From assembly GCF_001194135.2 (NCBI RefSeq), contig NC_068981.1:130944928-130992654 (forward strand): a stretch of DNA of 47,727 nucleotides, written 5' to 3'. The translations under genes and the position numbers were made by a program. The notes under the pieces are model-generated. The model made no database searches. It worked only from the letters and a program-made list of their open reading frames with translations, and was not told the origin of the DNA. This document shows positions 34,942 through 47,068 of the stretch, one piece after another. Source of the DNA: Octopus bimaculoides. Its lineage: Eukaryota. Each line of letters opens with the position of its first letter. The stretch's first letter is position 1.

Positions 34942-35776
34942 GGCAGAATCATCTGGCAAAGGTGGGGCACTGGTCCATTTAGACTATGTTAAAGCTTTTG
35001 ATAGAGTAAACCATCGTTACCTGGTGACTGTTCTCGCGCAGTTCGGACTGGATCTCGTTTTCCTCAGGTGGATCATACAGTTGTACGATAACATCGACTC
35101 GACCGTTCGGGTGAACGGTTTTCTTTCGAAGCCGTTCTGCATCAAACAGTCGGTTCACCAAGGGTGTCCGCTCTCCCCGTTTTTGTACGTAATGGCTCTC
35201 GAGCCATTGCTGAGAAAGCTGAGTGGCATCCCGACGAATCCAGGAGGTGGAGGATCTGTTACAGCGTACGCGGACGACATCACCATCATCGTGACAAAAA
35301 TGGAACAACTGCAGCAAGTAGGTGAAACCATTAAGGTTTACGAGACGGTGGCAGGAGCAAAAATTAACTGGCAAAATCAGTAGGCTTACAACTCGGCACC
35401 TGGAAGGGCAAATCGATGTCTTCGAATAGCGTCGTAGGACGCTGGACGGAAGGCCCGGTTAAATTGCTAGGAATCTGGATTGGTCCAGATCTCCAAATAG
35501 AAAAGAACTGGTCAGGGGTTTCGAACAAGGTGACCCACATAGTCCAGACATGGTCTGGGCGGTGGCTATCCTTGAAAGGGAGGGCGGAGGTGGCTAATAT
35601 GTTCATCGCATCGGTCATCATTTACCGCCTGACCGTCGTGCCCTGTCCGGATTCGTGGTTGAGCAAGTTGGAGAGGCAAATCTTTCGCTTTTTGTGGAAG
35701 GGCTCCGCTCCTCTTGTGAGACGTTCTATTTGCTGCCAGAAGCCGTTAAAGAGTGGGTTGGCGATGCCTTGGCTAA
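34942..35776 (+). mobile_element. Tx1/L1-clade LINE reverse transcriptase fragment
   Basis: LDYVKAFDRVNH..VRVNG..SVHQGCPLSPFLY..AYADDIT (YADD 35267-35278)..KINW. One apparent 1-bp deletion near 35371, then VKLLGIW..WSGRWLSLKGRAEVAN..IFRFLWKG..GLAMP. 5' side lost in a gap. Confidence 0.95.
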
Positions 35777-36930
35777 TGGAAATGGAAAAAGGCATAGTGC
35801 TAGATATAAAAAATAAGCCGTTTGGGACTAGAAATAAAGGGGGAAACATGAAATTCTTCAAGAAGGCATGTGTCTTATGCGAAATCTGTGNNNNNNNNNN
35901 NNNNNNNNNNNNNNNNNNNNNNNNNNNNNNNNNNNNNNNNNNNNNNNNNNNNNNNNNNNNNNNNNNNNNNNNNNNNNNNNNNNNNNNNNNNNNNNNNNNN
36001 NNNNNNNNNNNNNNNNNNNNNNNNNNNNNNNNNNNNNNNNNNNNNNNNNNNNNNNNNNNNNNNNNNNNNNNNNNNNNNNNNNNNNNNNNNNNNNNNNNNN
36101 NNNNNNNNNNNNNNNNNNNNNNNNNNNNNNNNNNNNNNNNNNNNNNNNNNNNNNNNNNNNNNNNNNNNNNNNNNNNNNNNNNNNNNNNNNNNNNNNNNNN
36201 NNNNNNNNNNNNNNNNNNNNNNNNNNNNNNNNNNNNNNNNNNNNNNNNNNNNNNNNNNNNNNNNNNNNNNNNNNNNNNNNNNNNNNNNNNNNNNNNNNNN
36301 NNNNNNNNNNNNNNNNNNNNNNNNNNNNNNNNNNNNNNNNNNNNNNNNNNNNNNNNNNNNNNNNNNNNNNNNNNNNNNNNNNNNNNNNNNNNNNNNNNNN
36401 NNNNNNNNNNNNNNNNNNNNNNNNNNNNNNNNNNNNNNNNNNNNNNNNNNNNNNNNNNNNNNNNNNNNNNNNNNNNNNNNNNNNNNNNNNNNNNNNNNNN
36501 NNNNNNNNNNNNNNNNNNNNNNNNNNNNNNNNNNNNNNNNNNNNNNNNNNNNNNNNNNNNNNNNNNNNNNNNNNNNNNNNNNNNNNNNNNNNNNNNNNNN
36601 NNNNNNNNNNNNNNNNNNNNNNNNNNNNNNNNNNNNNNNNNNNNNNNNNNNNNNNNNNNNNNNNNNNNNNNNNNNNNNNNNNNNNNNNNNNNNNNNNNNN
36701 NNNNNNNNNNNNNNNNNNNNNNNNNNNNNNNNNNNNNNNNNNNNNNNNNNNNNNNNNNNNNNNNNNNNNNNNNNNNNNNNNNNNNNNNNNNNNNNNNNNN
36801 NNNNNNNNNNNNNNNNNNNNNNNNNNNNNNNNNNNNNGTAAACATTGGGGACTGGTAAATGGCGGTCCTGTTCATGGGGTTGAGTGGTAGCGGTAACCTT
36901 AGTGCAGGTGGTGCAGAATAGCAGCTGGTT

Positions 36931-37398
36931 CTAAGGTGGTATCTGCGGGTTGTTGGCGGTCAGAGGCCTAAAATTTGCCACAAGGCCATATCTCTGGTGA
37001 TAGCAATACGATAAATCATATTTCTTGTTGATGGATACTGCGGGTTGTTGGAGAACATGCAGTTTTTCGCGGAGGCAGAGTCGGTAGTTGAGGGCGCCGG
37101 GTGAATATGGTGACGCTCTGTCGATAATAGCCCACTTGATGCTGGGTATTTCATCTCGGAGATCACGGAGTCTCCAGATAAAACGAGACAGGGAAGTACA
37201 GTTCTCTCTGTCCCTGGATCTGAACGAGTGCATATGCTGAGAGTATCCTCCCTTGAAGTCATTAGCTGTCATACCCGTATAGTACTTAGTAATGCCATCA
37301 GATGGTGTAAGGGTGGCTCTGTATAATACGGCCCTTGAGAGACAATATCTTTCAAGAGGATCTTCTAGAGGATATATATATTCCACAGAACCTCCCAA
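36931..37398 (-). mobile_element. Penelope-like element GIY-YIG endonuclease region
   Basis: CLSRAVLYRATL..KYYTGMTANDFK..YSQHMHSF..TSLSRFIWRL..IKWAII..LCLREK..INKK..CYH. Confidence 0.85.
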
Positions 37399-37520
37399 AA
37401 CTAGAAGCCATTAACTAATATTCTTGCGTAAGATTATTCATGATTTCAATCAAGCAATATTAATATATATATATAATCACCATAAACCACGAACCCCCAA
37501 AATGAAGGATAACTGAGAAT

Positions 37521-37551
37521 ACATACATACATACATACATACATACATACA

Positions 37552-37585
<34 letters not shown>

Positions 37586-37596
37586 CATACATACAT
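37521..37596. repeat. (TACA)n microsatellite, probable tail of the adjacent RTE
   Basis: Directly visible; begins about 25 bp after the RTE stop on the minus strand. Confidence 0.95.
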
Positions 37597-37604
37597 GCAT
37601 AAAG

Positions 37605-39160
37605 GCAATCAGTTTCTGCTCCTATTCAAAGTTTGAACACTTTTTGTTAGATGTGCTTTCTCCATGCATGAATACACGCAAGTGGTTTTTTAGTCCTGAG
37701 AGGTGTTTCAAATTTGCCTTACAAACAGTGAAAATATATCTTATCTCAAAAGGCAGCGTCTTCTCTGATTTATGGACATTTAAATTCCTTGTTAGACCAA
37801 TGCAGGACATACACGTCTTATTACAGATATGACACTTGAACACATCTGCTGGAATGATCTTTGTGTTATTTGGAGCAGCTATGTGAAAATGAATTCTGAG
37901 ATGTGAAGTTAAGCCAGTCTTATAAAGGCAAGTTTTACCACATGTTAAGCAACTAAAAGATGACAGTATATGCGTTTAGCAAGGTGTTATTTTTCCATAG
38001 TTCTCTTTCAGTTTTGCATGCTTTTCTTTGTGTCCTTCAAACATTTTTTTAAAATTCCAGACCAGATCTTTTTTTACCATTTATTTGTCATTAACAATTG
38101 GTTCAACATCTTTTTATTGTATATTCAACTTCCCAGGACTGATTTTAGCAAGTCTTTGTATCGATGGTTTCGTTCGCTTTGTTTTTGCTTCTCAGCAGAA
38201 ATCTCATTATGGTAAAACCTTAGGGTTGTGATCATCCCTGTACTAAATTGCTAGCCCACCTTACTTGATTGGAAACTAGCATAGTGTGAATTGATGAGAT
38301 CCCTGCTCTCTCGAAACCATTGTATCTGATGTAAAAAAAAAACTTCCAGTTAATCCTAATAATTTAACGAAAACACTTTTGATAAAAGCTTTCTAAGAAT
38401 TTTATATGGTGCTTGTAAACAGTCAATAGTTTTTTCCGAATAAAGAAAAAAGTATAGAACAAATGCGCTATAAACGACAATTTTTGTACTGACCTTGTAA
38501 CAACTCACGATTCCAAAGAGAACCAAAAGACTTTGTTGCTTTTTGAATGCGAGATGCAATTTCTATGTCCAAAGTTCCTTTTGAGTTAATCATGCGTTGA
38601 GGTATTTAAAGGAATCGACTACAGCTAACGTTTCATCTTTCACATATATTTGAGGAAGAGTAGCGGCCTGCTCAGGAGCGGGTTGATACATTACTCTAGT
38701 TTTCTTAGCATTAATTATTAATCCAAAGATGTCACAATGCTTTGATAGAGTTCTGTGAACCGATCCCGCTGTGAGATGCCCAGCCATATTCATCAGTATA
38801 AAAGAGATTTCTAATTAGAGATTTAAAGATCTTGCTCTAAAAGTTTATCGTGGAGAGATTAAGGAGGTTTCCCGCAGTACGAAAGCGGATGTAAATATCC
38901 CTTTCAGAATCGCTAAAATCAAACGACAACGTTGCTGCAAAGTAAATACCCAAGATTATGGGGGCATCACGATCACCCTGCTTTACATCATTTTCCCCTG
39001 CAAAGGTTTCTGAGAGTCCCACAAAAGTTAATTCTAGCCTCTATACCTTTAAGGAGTAACTTAATTTTAAAAAAATTGTCCGGGCATCAGTACTTTTTCA
39101 AAACAGTCCAGAGCATATCCATATTCCCGTATCAAAAGCCTTACACAGATCTATAAAATA
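37605..39160 (-). mobile_element. 5'-truncated, decayed RTE (BovB-like) LINE with three C-terminal C2H2-type fingers
   Basis: DVKQG..APIILGIYFAA..IYIRFRTAGNLLNL; FGLIINAKKTRVMYQPAP..VVDSFKYL; TKIVVY; AGISSIHTML..QVRWAS; RYKDLLK. Then in one frame FSCLTCGKTCLYKTGLTSHLRIH / FKCHICNKTCMSCIGLTRNLNVH / IFTVCKANLKHLSGLKNHLRV; stop 37622-37624. Confidence 0.9.
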
Positions 39161-39239
39161 GTGATACAAAGACATATTTTGTTCTATACACTTACCCTGA
39201 AGTTGATGAAAAGTAAATATATTGATCATCTGTCTAGAT

Positions 39240-39362
39240 CAGTGGTTCTCAACTGGATTCCACATGACCCCACCCCGAGGGTCCATATAAGACGTTTGGG
39301 GTTCCACGCAAGTAAAATAGTAAATTGAGGATCCACAGTAGTATATTAGGGGTCATGAAAAG
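39240..39362 (+). mobile_element. hAT-like MITE left-end fragment
   Basis: CAGTGGTTCTCAAC terminus like the 15870 element; GGTCCATAT motif; no right TIR. Confidence 0.6.
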
Positions 39363-39450
39363 ACCCGTAATATACTATTGTATATATCATGCCGGACCAC
39401 TGAAATCTACAAGTCTTTTTCATTCTCTTTCTGTTTATTCTCTCTTATTC

Positions 39451-39486
39451 CTTTCTGTTGAAGAGCATAGACTCGAAACGTAAAAG
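39451..39486 (+). ncRNA. Hammerhead-like motif, variant core CUGUUGA (copy 2; repeat at about 39405-39550)
   Basis: CTTT-CTGTTGA-A-GAGC-atag-ACTC-GAAA-C-GTA-AAAG; palindromic ACGT, GUA triplet. Confidence 0.45.
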
Positions 39487-39548
39487 ACTTTTTCATTCTT
39501 CCCGAGCGTCAAACTAATACACTTGCTTGCTGTTCACACACCTGTCCT

Positions 39549-39636
<88 letters not shown>

Positions 39637-40569
39637 AATATATACACATATTGTTTTTNNNNNNNNNNNNNNNNNNNNNNNNNNNNNNNNNNNNNNNNNN
39701 NNNNNNNNNNNNNNNNNNNNNNNNNNNNNNNNNNNNNNNNNNNNNNNNNNNNNNNNNNNNNNNNNNNNNNNNNNNNNNNNNNNNNNNNNNNNNNNNNNNN
39801 NNNNNNNNNNNNNNNNNNNNNNNNNNNNNNNNNNNNNNNNNNNNNNNNNNNNNNNNNNNNNNNNNNNNNNNNNNNNNNNNNNNNNNNNNNNNNNNNNNNN
39901 NNNNNNNNNNNNNNNNNNNNNNNNNNNNNNNNNNNNNNNNNNNNNNNNNNNNNNNNNNNNNNNNNNNNNNNNNNNNNNNNNNNNNNNNNNNNNNNNNNNN
40001 NNNNNNNNNNNNNNNNNNNNNNNNNNNNNNNNNNNNNNNNNNNNNNNNNNNNNNNNNNNNNNNNNNNNNNNNNNNNNNNNNNNNNNNNNNNNNNNNNNNN
40101 NNNNNNNNNNNNNNNNNNNNNNNNNNNNNNNNNNNNNNNNNNNNNNNNNNNNNNNNNNNNNNNNNNNNNNNNNNNNNNNNNNNNNNNNNNNNNNNNNNNN
40201 NNNNNNNNNNNNNNNNNNNNNNNNNNNNNNNNNNNNNNNNNNNNNNNNNNNNNNNNNNNNNNNNNNNNNNNNNNNNNNNNNNNNNNNNNNNNNNNNNNNN
40301 NNNNNNNNNNNNNNNNNNNNNNNNNNNNNNNNNNNNNNNNNNNNNNNNNNNNNNNNNNNNNNNNNNNNNNNNNNNNNNNNNNNNNNNNNNNNNNNNNNNN
40401 NNNNNNNNNNNNNNNNNNNNNNNNNNNNNNNNNNNNNNNNNNNNNNNNNNNNNNNNNNNNNNNNNNNNNNNNNNNNNNNNNNNNNNNNNNNNNNNNNNNN
40501 NNNNNNNNNNNNNNNNNNNNNNNNNNNNNNNNNNNNNNNNNNNNNNNNNNNNNNNNNNNNNNNNNNNNN

Positions 40570-40609
<40 letters not shown>

Positions 40610-40918
40610 ATATGTATGTATGTATATACATGTTTATTGTGTGTGTGTGCGTGCTGTGTGGAGAGAGAGAGAGAGAAAGGAAGAGGAAGATACATACTAC
40701 ACAACATAACACAATATACACACATTGCTATACAGTACATTAATAATAAATGGGTATTCTCATACACACGCATACACACACTTGTATATATGTATATATA
40801 TAGGCAAATCAAAACTAAAAACACAAAAGTCAAAAGGACGAACATAATGAATGTATTAGGTTGACGCTTACTTTAAGATGGAAAAAAAAACACACACACA
40901 TACACAGGTATGTATAAA

Positions 40919-40966
<48 letters not shown>

Positions 40967-41897
40967 NNNNNNNNNNNNNNNNNNNNNNNNNNNNNNNNNN
41001 NNNNNNNNNNNNNNNNNNNNNNNNNNNNNNNNNNNNNNNNNNNNNNNNNNNNNNNNNNNNNNNNNNNNNNNNNNNNNNNNNNNNNNNNNNNNNNNNNNNN
41101 NNNNNNNNNNNNNNNNNNATAAATATTTATACACACATGAAAAAAATGTTTCAACAGTTTAGCAATTCACATAAACTGTTGTCTAAGCAACTTGGATAAA
41201 GCAACTTGGTGAGTGATCAGCTCTTATCTTGGTAATAACAATAAAATGAAAGAAAAAAAAATATTTGAAAATAAATATTGGCGAACACACACATAAATAA
41301 TACATAAACTGAACAACAATGGGTGTGAAATTAACAAGAAAATGGAGAACGGACATCTTTGAAAGATAAGCGACATTAATTTACTTGGAAATCATTTCAG
41401 AAAATAATTTTACCTAAAGTACTTAGCAACTGAAAAATGTCTCGTCTTTCATTTTCCAATTCCGACCTTGTTCACTCAGTGCATTTATTTCAGACTAAAG
41501 CTGGTGTATATAAGGAATTACATATTCACTGACAGTTATTTTCGTATCTTTTACATTTCAAACGAAGCAGGCGTAATTTTTTTTCTTCTGGTGAGATGCG
41601 CCAAGAGTGTGCAAACACAAGAAGCAATATGTTTGGAAATGACAAAATATAATGAATATAACCGGGGTGGGATAAATCAAGGGTTTATAAGTTGATGTTA
41701 AAGTGACCTTTGCTCCTTCACTTACCGCTTAACCCTCTCCCCACTTATGATTGTCAAACTATCCCCTCTCTTTTTGATTCCTATCTCTTCTGTCTTTTTC
41801 TTTGTTTCCCTTCCTCTATCATTATTTCTCTCCTTCCCTCTCTATTTCTATACTATTTCCGTCTATTCTCCATCTCACTATATTTCACTATTACTCC

Positions 41898-41902
<5 letters not shown>

Positions 41903-41946
<44 letters not shown>

Positions 41947-42136
41947 CTCCTTCCTTCCTTTCTTTCTTTCTTTCTTTCTTCCCTCCTTCCTTCCTTTCTT
42001 TCTTTCTTTTTTACTTCCTTTCTTTCTTTCTTTCTTTCTTTCTTCCTTCCTTCCTTCCTTCCTTCCTTCCTTTCTTTCTTTCTTTATTTCATTCTTTCTC
42101 TCTTTCTTTCTTCCTTCCTTTCTTTCTTTCTTTTTT

Positions 42137-42186
<50 letters not shown>

Positions 42187-42445
42187 TTCCTTTTTCTTTC
42201 TGTTCTTCTCCTTCTATCTATTCTCTCTCTATCTCTCTTTCTGTTTCCTTATAACTATCTCTGTTCCTCTATTCCCCCCTCTTTCTTTAATCAATCTCTA
42301 TTTCTGTGCTATTTCTGCTCCCCGCTCACTTCATTCACCCTCTCTATCTCTACCTCTCTCTTTCTCTCTCTCTCCTTCCCATCTGTCTCGCTTTCTGCGT
42401 GTCTGTCTGTCTGTCTGTCTCTGTCTGTCTGTCTGTCTCTGTCTA

Positions 42446-42476
<31 letters not shown>

Positions 42477-42481
42477 CTCTC

Positions 42482-42560
<79 letters not shown>
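41903..42560. repeat. Long pyrimidine tract: (TTTC)n/(TTCC)n, (GTCT)n, (CT)n
   Basis: Directly visible; source of the F/L/S-rich ORFs at 41710-42826. Confidence 0.98.
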
Positions 42561-42562
<2 letters not shown>

Positions 42563-43293
42563 GTTTCTCACTATAAACATGTTCTTCACTTTCTTTCTAT
42601 CTCCACCCGGTTTTCTTTCCTTTTCACTCCTCACTTATTCCCTCATCCCACTCTCGCTCTCATTCTGGGTGTGTATTTGTGTACTTGTGTGTGGTACATG
42701 GTATATGGATGTGTGTGTGAGTGTGTGTGTGTGTGTGTCTGTGCGTGTGTGTGTGCGTGTGTGTGTCCGTGGATTATCTTGCACGTCATGTTTTTTCCAC
42801 AAATATTTATGAAGAACGTATATTAAAGAAAACAGGAGACGGAAATGAATGAAGGAGATTTATAGTTTACTGAACACACATACACTATCATGCGCACGCT
42901 CGCATACACACACACACATACATACTTACACACTCTTCCGTACGTTGCATATATATACACATACCTGTACATGTACAATTATATATACATAACCCATATA
43001 TATAAATATGTCTAGACAGATATCTGCATTGCGTTACCCGAAGAAAAGTACAGCCCCTTCATACACACACACACACACATAGAGATTAAGTCATATATGC
43101 GCATACAGATATGCTTGTAGAATACTACATTCAGATATATATATATATATATATAGATCTCCGATGGAAACGTTAGGTCCTCTTTCTTTTCTTTCCTTTC
43201 CTGAGCGTCCAATAACACTACTTTTTCCACGTCCTTGCGTTGTTTTTTCGCGTTTTTTTCATGTTTTTTCTTGTTTGGTCTTGTTTAAATTGA

Positions 43294-43330
<37 letters not shown>

Positions 43331-44527
43331 AGTATATTGACTAACATATACATTACCACTATTCTCAACCAATTTTCGCCAAACTTTACACACATTACTT
43401 ATGTCCTAAGGATGGTCATGCACTATAACATTTTGCCCAGAGCTCCCGCGTAAATGGATAAACCGGAAAAAAAACGGTGGTTTACACAGGTTTCTCTCTA
43501 ATTCGTTGTGTTCATAGTTTTTTGTATGTAGGGTTTTCCATAATTTTTTAATCTATATATGATCGCATATTGCCATTAGAGAATATGTTTTAGTGGTTTA
43601 CACATTTTTTGATTTATCATTTATTTTTATGTTACAATTGTGTATTATTACTTGGCTAGAGAATATTATAAAAGTGAAAGGATTTTGTCTGTTTATTTAT
43701 TTCGACGGTCCATCTGCGACGGTGTTTAATTTGACTAGGAATACTGTACGCGATGAATATCAATATCAAACAATTCTAATCTCCATATTTAAACTGCATT
43801 AAACGTTGGCAAGCTTACCTTTATCTATTCTGAGTTACTTGATAGGTGATGTTCCCTTCCCTCCTTTCTATTTGTTGATACCTCTGTTTTAACTACAAAT
43901 GCATTGTTTCACTTTAAGGATGCTTATTTACCCATCCATTACAATATATCGAACGCGACATCTTTTCACTGCGAACTGCTAAAGATTCAAAGCAGTATTT
44001 AGGAACTGAAGTCAAACTCTTCATGTCTTCATTTTTCGTTACCTGAAGTCAATTTCAAAGTGGTCGTACACTGAAAGCACGTAGCAAATACATTCCTTTA
44101 ATTCTACTTTTTCAAGTAAGTATTACATTGCCATTTTTGAACGTACCAGTCATACTTCTCTCCGAAAAAAATAGCTCGCTTTGCTACGTCTTCAACATTT
44201 CTACGTCTTCCTTCAATTTCTTTACATCATTTATGTGGCTGTTTCGGACAAGAGCTTTCGCTTTCATGTAAAACGACTATAATGTAGTCATTATCTATAA
44301 TCTACACCCAATACGCTTCAGTAGCTCTACTTTTCATCGCTTGCAAACTTATATGCCCTATGATCATTAAAGTGTAACAACCTCCACTTAAACCAGCAGT
44401 AGATTTGGTTTTCTGTTCCTAGGTTAATCGGAAACATAGATTGCCATGCTACACATAAACCTTCTCGGTATTTCAATTATTTCCAGACAACACGGTAAGA
44501 ACGTCCATCTGGCCAAGGCCTGGCACC

Positions 44528-45900
44528 TCATTTCATTGCTATTTAAAGGAGAACTGGAAGAGGTATTTGGACGATTGCTTTATACTTTGGAAAGATAGCA
44601 TGGACAAACTCCTCGATTTCAAAATAATGCTCAACAATATCAATAGCAACATACAATTCACCATGGAGCACAGCAATAAACAACTCTCTTTTCTCGACAT
44701 GCTAATTAATATAGTCAATAACCACATCGAAACAGACATCTTCTATAAACCCACAGATTCAAAGCAATACCTATTATTCAACTCGTGCCACCACAAACAC
44801 ATAAAAATTAATATACCTCATAATCTAGCGAAAAGAATCTGTACCATAGTTTCGGACACCAATACTCGTGAACGAAAACTCCTTGAACTCAGATCAATAC
44901 TAATCAAGAGACATTACCCAATATCTTTAATAAATAATGGAATCAAACGAGCTAAGGAAATAGATATACAAACATTAAGGGAAGTCAACCGAAATATTAC
45001 ACCAGACTTAAAAATACTCTCATACATCTCCACACATAACCCTAGAAACAATGAAGCCTTCAACATTATCATCCAAAATCTACCCATTCTCACTGGAGAT
45101 AAAACAATGAACAAAATTTTAGGCTCACACAAAATTATCAAAAGCAAAATGCAACCGAAATCATTGAAAAAAATATTAACCAGCGCAAGACTATATCCAT
45201 TAACAACGGAACCAAAAGTGAAAACAAAATGTGGTCGATCTAACTGTGGCACATGCCCCCACCTTTTGGAGGTTCCACTTTAAACAAGGTGAAATATCTA
45301 AGATTAAATCAAGTTTCACCTGTGCCTCGGAAAACCTAATCTATGCCATTACCTGCTTAGGGTGCGGTAATCAGTATCTTGGCCAAACAGGAATATCACT
45401 CCGTCGAAGAACCACTCTCCACAAAGAACAAATCCGCTATCCACAATACAGACAGATACAGGTCAGTGAACATATAGAAAGGTGTACTATGAAACTTAAT
45501 CCTAATTTCCTAATTTTCCCCATCTATCAATGTTCACAGAATACCTCAGTACAGCAAAGAACGAATAATGAGGCAACTTTCATCAATAAATATCTTCCAC
45601 AACTCAATATGAACACATAGCATAATACAGAATACGAGTAACCATTCAATTAATACTATTGACACCCATACATCCCATACACCATTCACATTACAGTATT
45701 ATATCTACCTAATTGCACCAAATCTAGAACTACTTACCTCCCTTATACATAATGTTTTTACTCAGGGACAAGTAAACCCGACACTGTTCGGTAATCGGTG
45801 CGCACTCAAAGCCAGTGAACAGTAATTTTACGAAACCGGTATGCCTTTGAATCTCTTTAACAATTCACAATAATGAGTTTTATTACTTTCATTCCTACCT
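44528..45900 (+). mobile_element. 5'-truncated Neptune-like Penelope element (RT C-half, Cys linker, GIY-YIG, 3' region with hammerhead remnant)
   Basis: NWKRYLDDCFILW (YLDD 44564-44575)..FTME..LSFLD..FYKPTDSKQYL..SCH..NIPHNLAKRI; linker CGRSNCGTC; one frameshift near 45270; FTCASENLIYAITCLGCGNQYLGQTG..R...H..VSEH..E..FI....PQLN* (stop 45618-45620). Confidence 0.95.
45806..45850 (+). ncRNA. Degenerate minimal hammerhead in the PLE 3' region
   Basis: TCAAAGCCA-GTGAACA-GTA-attt-TAC-GAAA-CCG-GTA-TGCCTTTGA. Helix I 8/9, palindromic ACCGGT, GUA triplet; the core differs from CTGAAGA at two positions. Confidence 0.6.
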
Positions 45901-46037
45901 TAGTTCATCTAATTGTATATATCTATCGTTACTTTTCATAAAAAGCCTTTGATTTTTTTGATTTCCAATATGCATTTTCGCTTTTTTCCTTCTTACTTTC
46001 CCCTTACATTTCAACGTGTAGTTTCTATTTTCTTTTT

Positions 46038-46103
<66 letters not shown>

Positions 46104-46119
46104 CATATATACATACATA

Positions 46120-47068
46120 GGCGCAGGAGTGGCTGTGTGGTAAGTAGCTTGCTTACCAACCACATGATTCTGGGTTCAGTCCCACTGNNNNNNNNNNNNN
46201 NNNNNNNNNNNNNNNNNNNNNNNNNNNNNNNNNNNNNNNNNNNNNNNNNNNNNNNNNNNNNNNNNNNNNNNNNNNNNNNNNNNNNNNNNNNNNNNNNNNN
46301 NNNNNNNNNNNNNNNNNNNNNNNNNNNNNNNNNNNNNNNNNNNNNNNNNNNNNNNNNNNNNNNNNNNNNNNNNNNNNNNNNNNNNNNNNNNNNNNNNNNN
46401 NNNNNNNNNNNNNNNNNNNNNNNNNNNNNNNNNNNNNNNNNNNNNNNNNNNNNNNNNNNNNNNNNNNNNNNNNNNNNNNNNNNNNNNNNNNNNNNNNNNN
46501 NNNNNNNNNNNNNNNNNNNNNNNNNNNNNNNNNNNNNNNNNNNNNNNNNNNNNNNNNNNNNNNNNNNNNNNNNNNNNNNNNNNNNNNNNNNNNNNNNNNN
46601 NNNNNNNNNNNNNNNNNNNNNNNNNNNNNNNNNNNNNNNNNNNNNNNNNNNNNNNNNNNNNNNNNNNNNNNNNNNNNNNNNNNNNNNNNNNNNNNNNNNN
46701 NNNNNNNNNNNNNNNNNNNNNNNNNNNNNNNNNNNNNNNNNNNNNNNNNNNNNNNNNNNNNNNNNNNNNNNNNNNNNNNNNNNNNNNNNNNNNNNNNNNN
46801 NNNNNNNNNNNNNNNNNNNNNNNNNNNNNNNNNNNNNNNNNNNNNNNNNNNNNGTGTGTATTTGTGCGTCTGTGTTTATCCCCCATCATCGCTTGACAAC
46901 CGATGTTGGTGTGTTTACGTCACCGTAACTTAGCGGTTTGAGAAAAGGCACCGATAGAATAAGTACTAGGCTTACAAAGAATAAGTCCTTGGGGTCGATT
47001 TGTTCGACTAAAGGCGGTGCCCCAGCATGGCCGCAGTCAAATGACTGAAACAAGTAAAAGAATAAAGA
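46120..47068 (+). mobile_element. SINE family C spanning an assembly gap (internal microsatellite probably collapsed to N)
   Basis: tRNA-like head 46120-46187 (TGGCTGTGTGG; GGTTCAGTCCC), gap 46188-46853, 3' half 46854-47068 ending GAAACAAGTAAAAGAATAAAG. Confidence 0.88.

Noticed and set aside
36931-37398. Naiad-type or selenoprotein PLE
   Set aside because: The related copy at 24 kb has the endonuclease C-terminal to RT; no in-frame TGA at Cys positions and no SECIS seen.
37622-37843. Host C2H2 zinc-finger gene
   Set aside because: Collinear with RTE ORF remnants, ends at the LINE tail, and lacks TGEKP linkers and splice signals.
43145-43175. Sixth hammerhead (GATCTCCGATGGAAACGTTAGG)
   Set aside because: Only the GAAACGTT half is present; the upstream part is (AT)n, so no core or helix I can be shown.
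44100-44520. Minus-strand peptide fragments upstream of the Neptune element
   Set aside because: Multiple stops and no identifiable domain.
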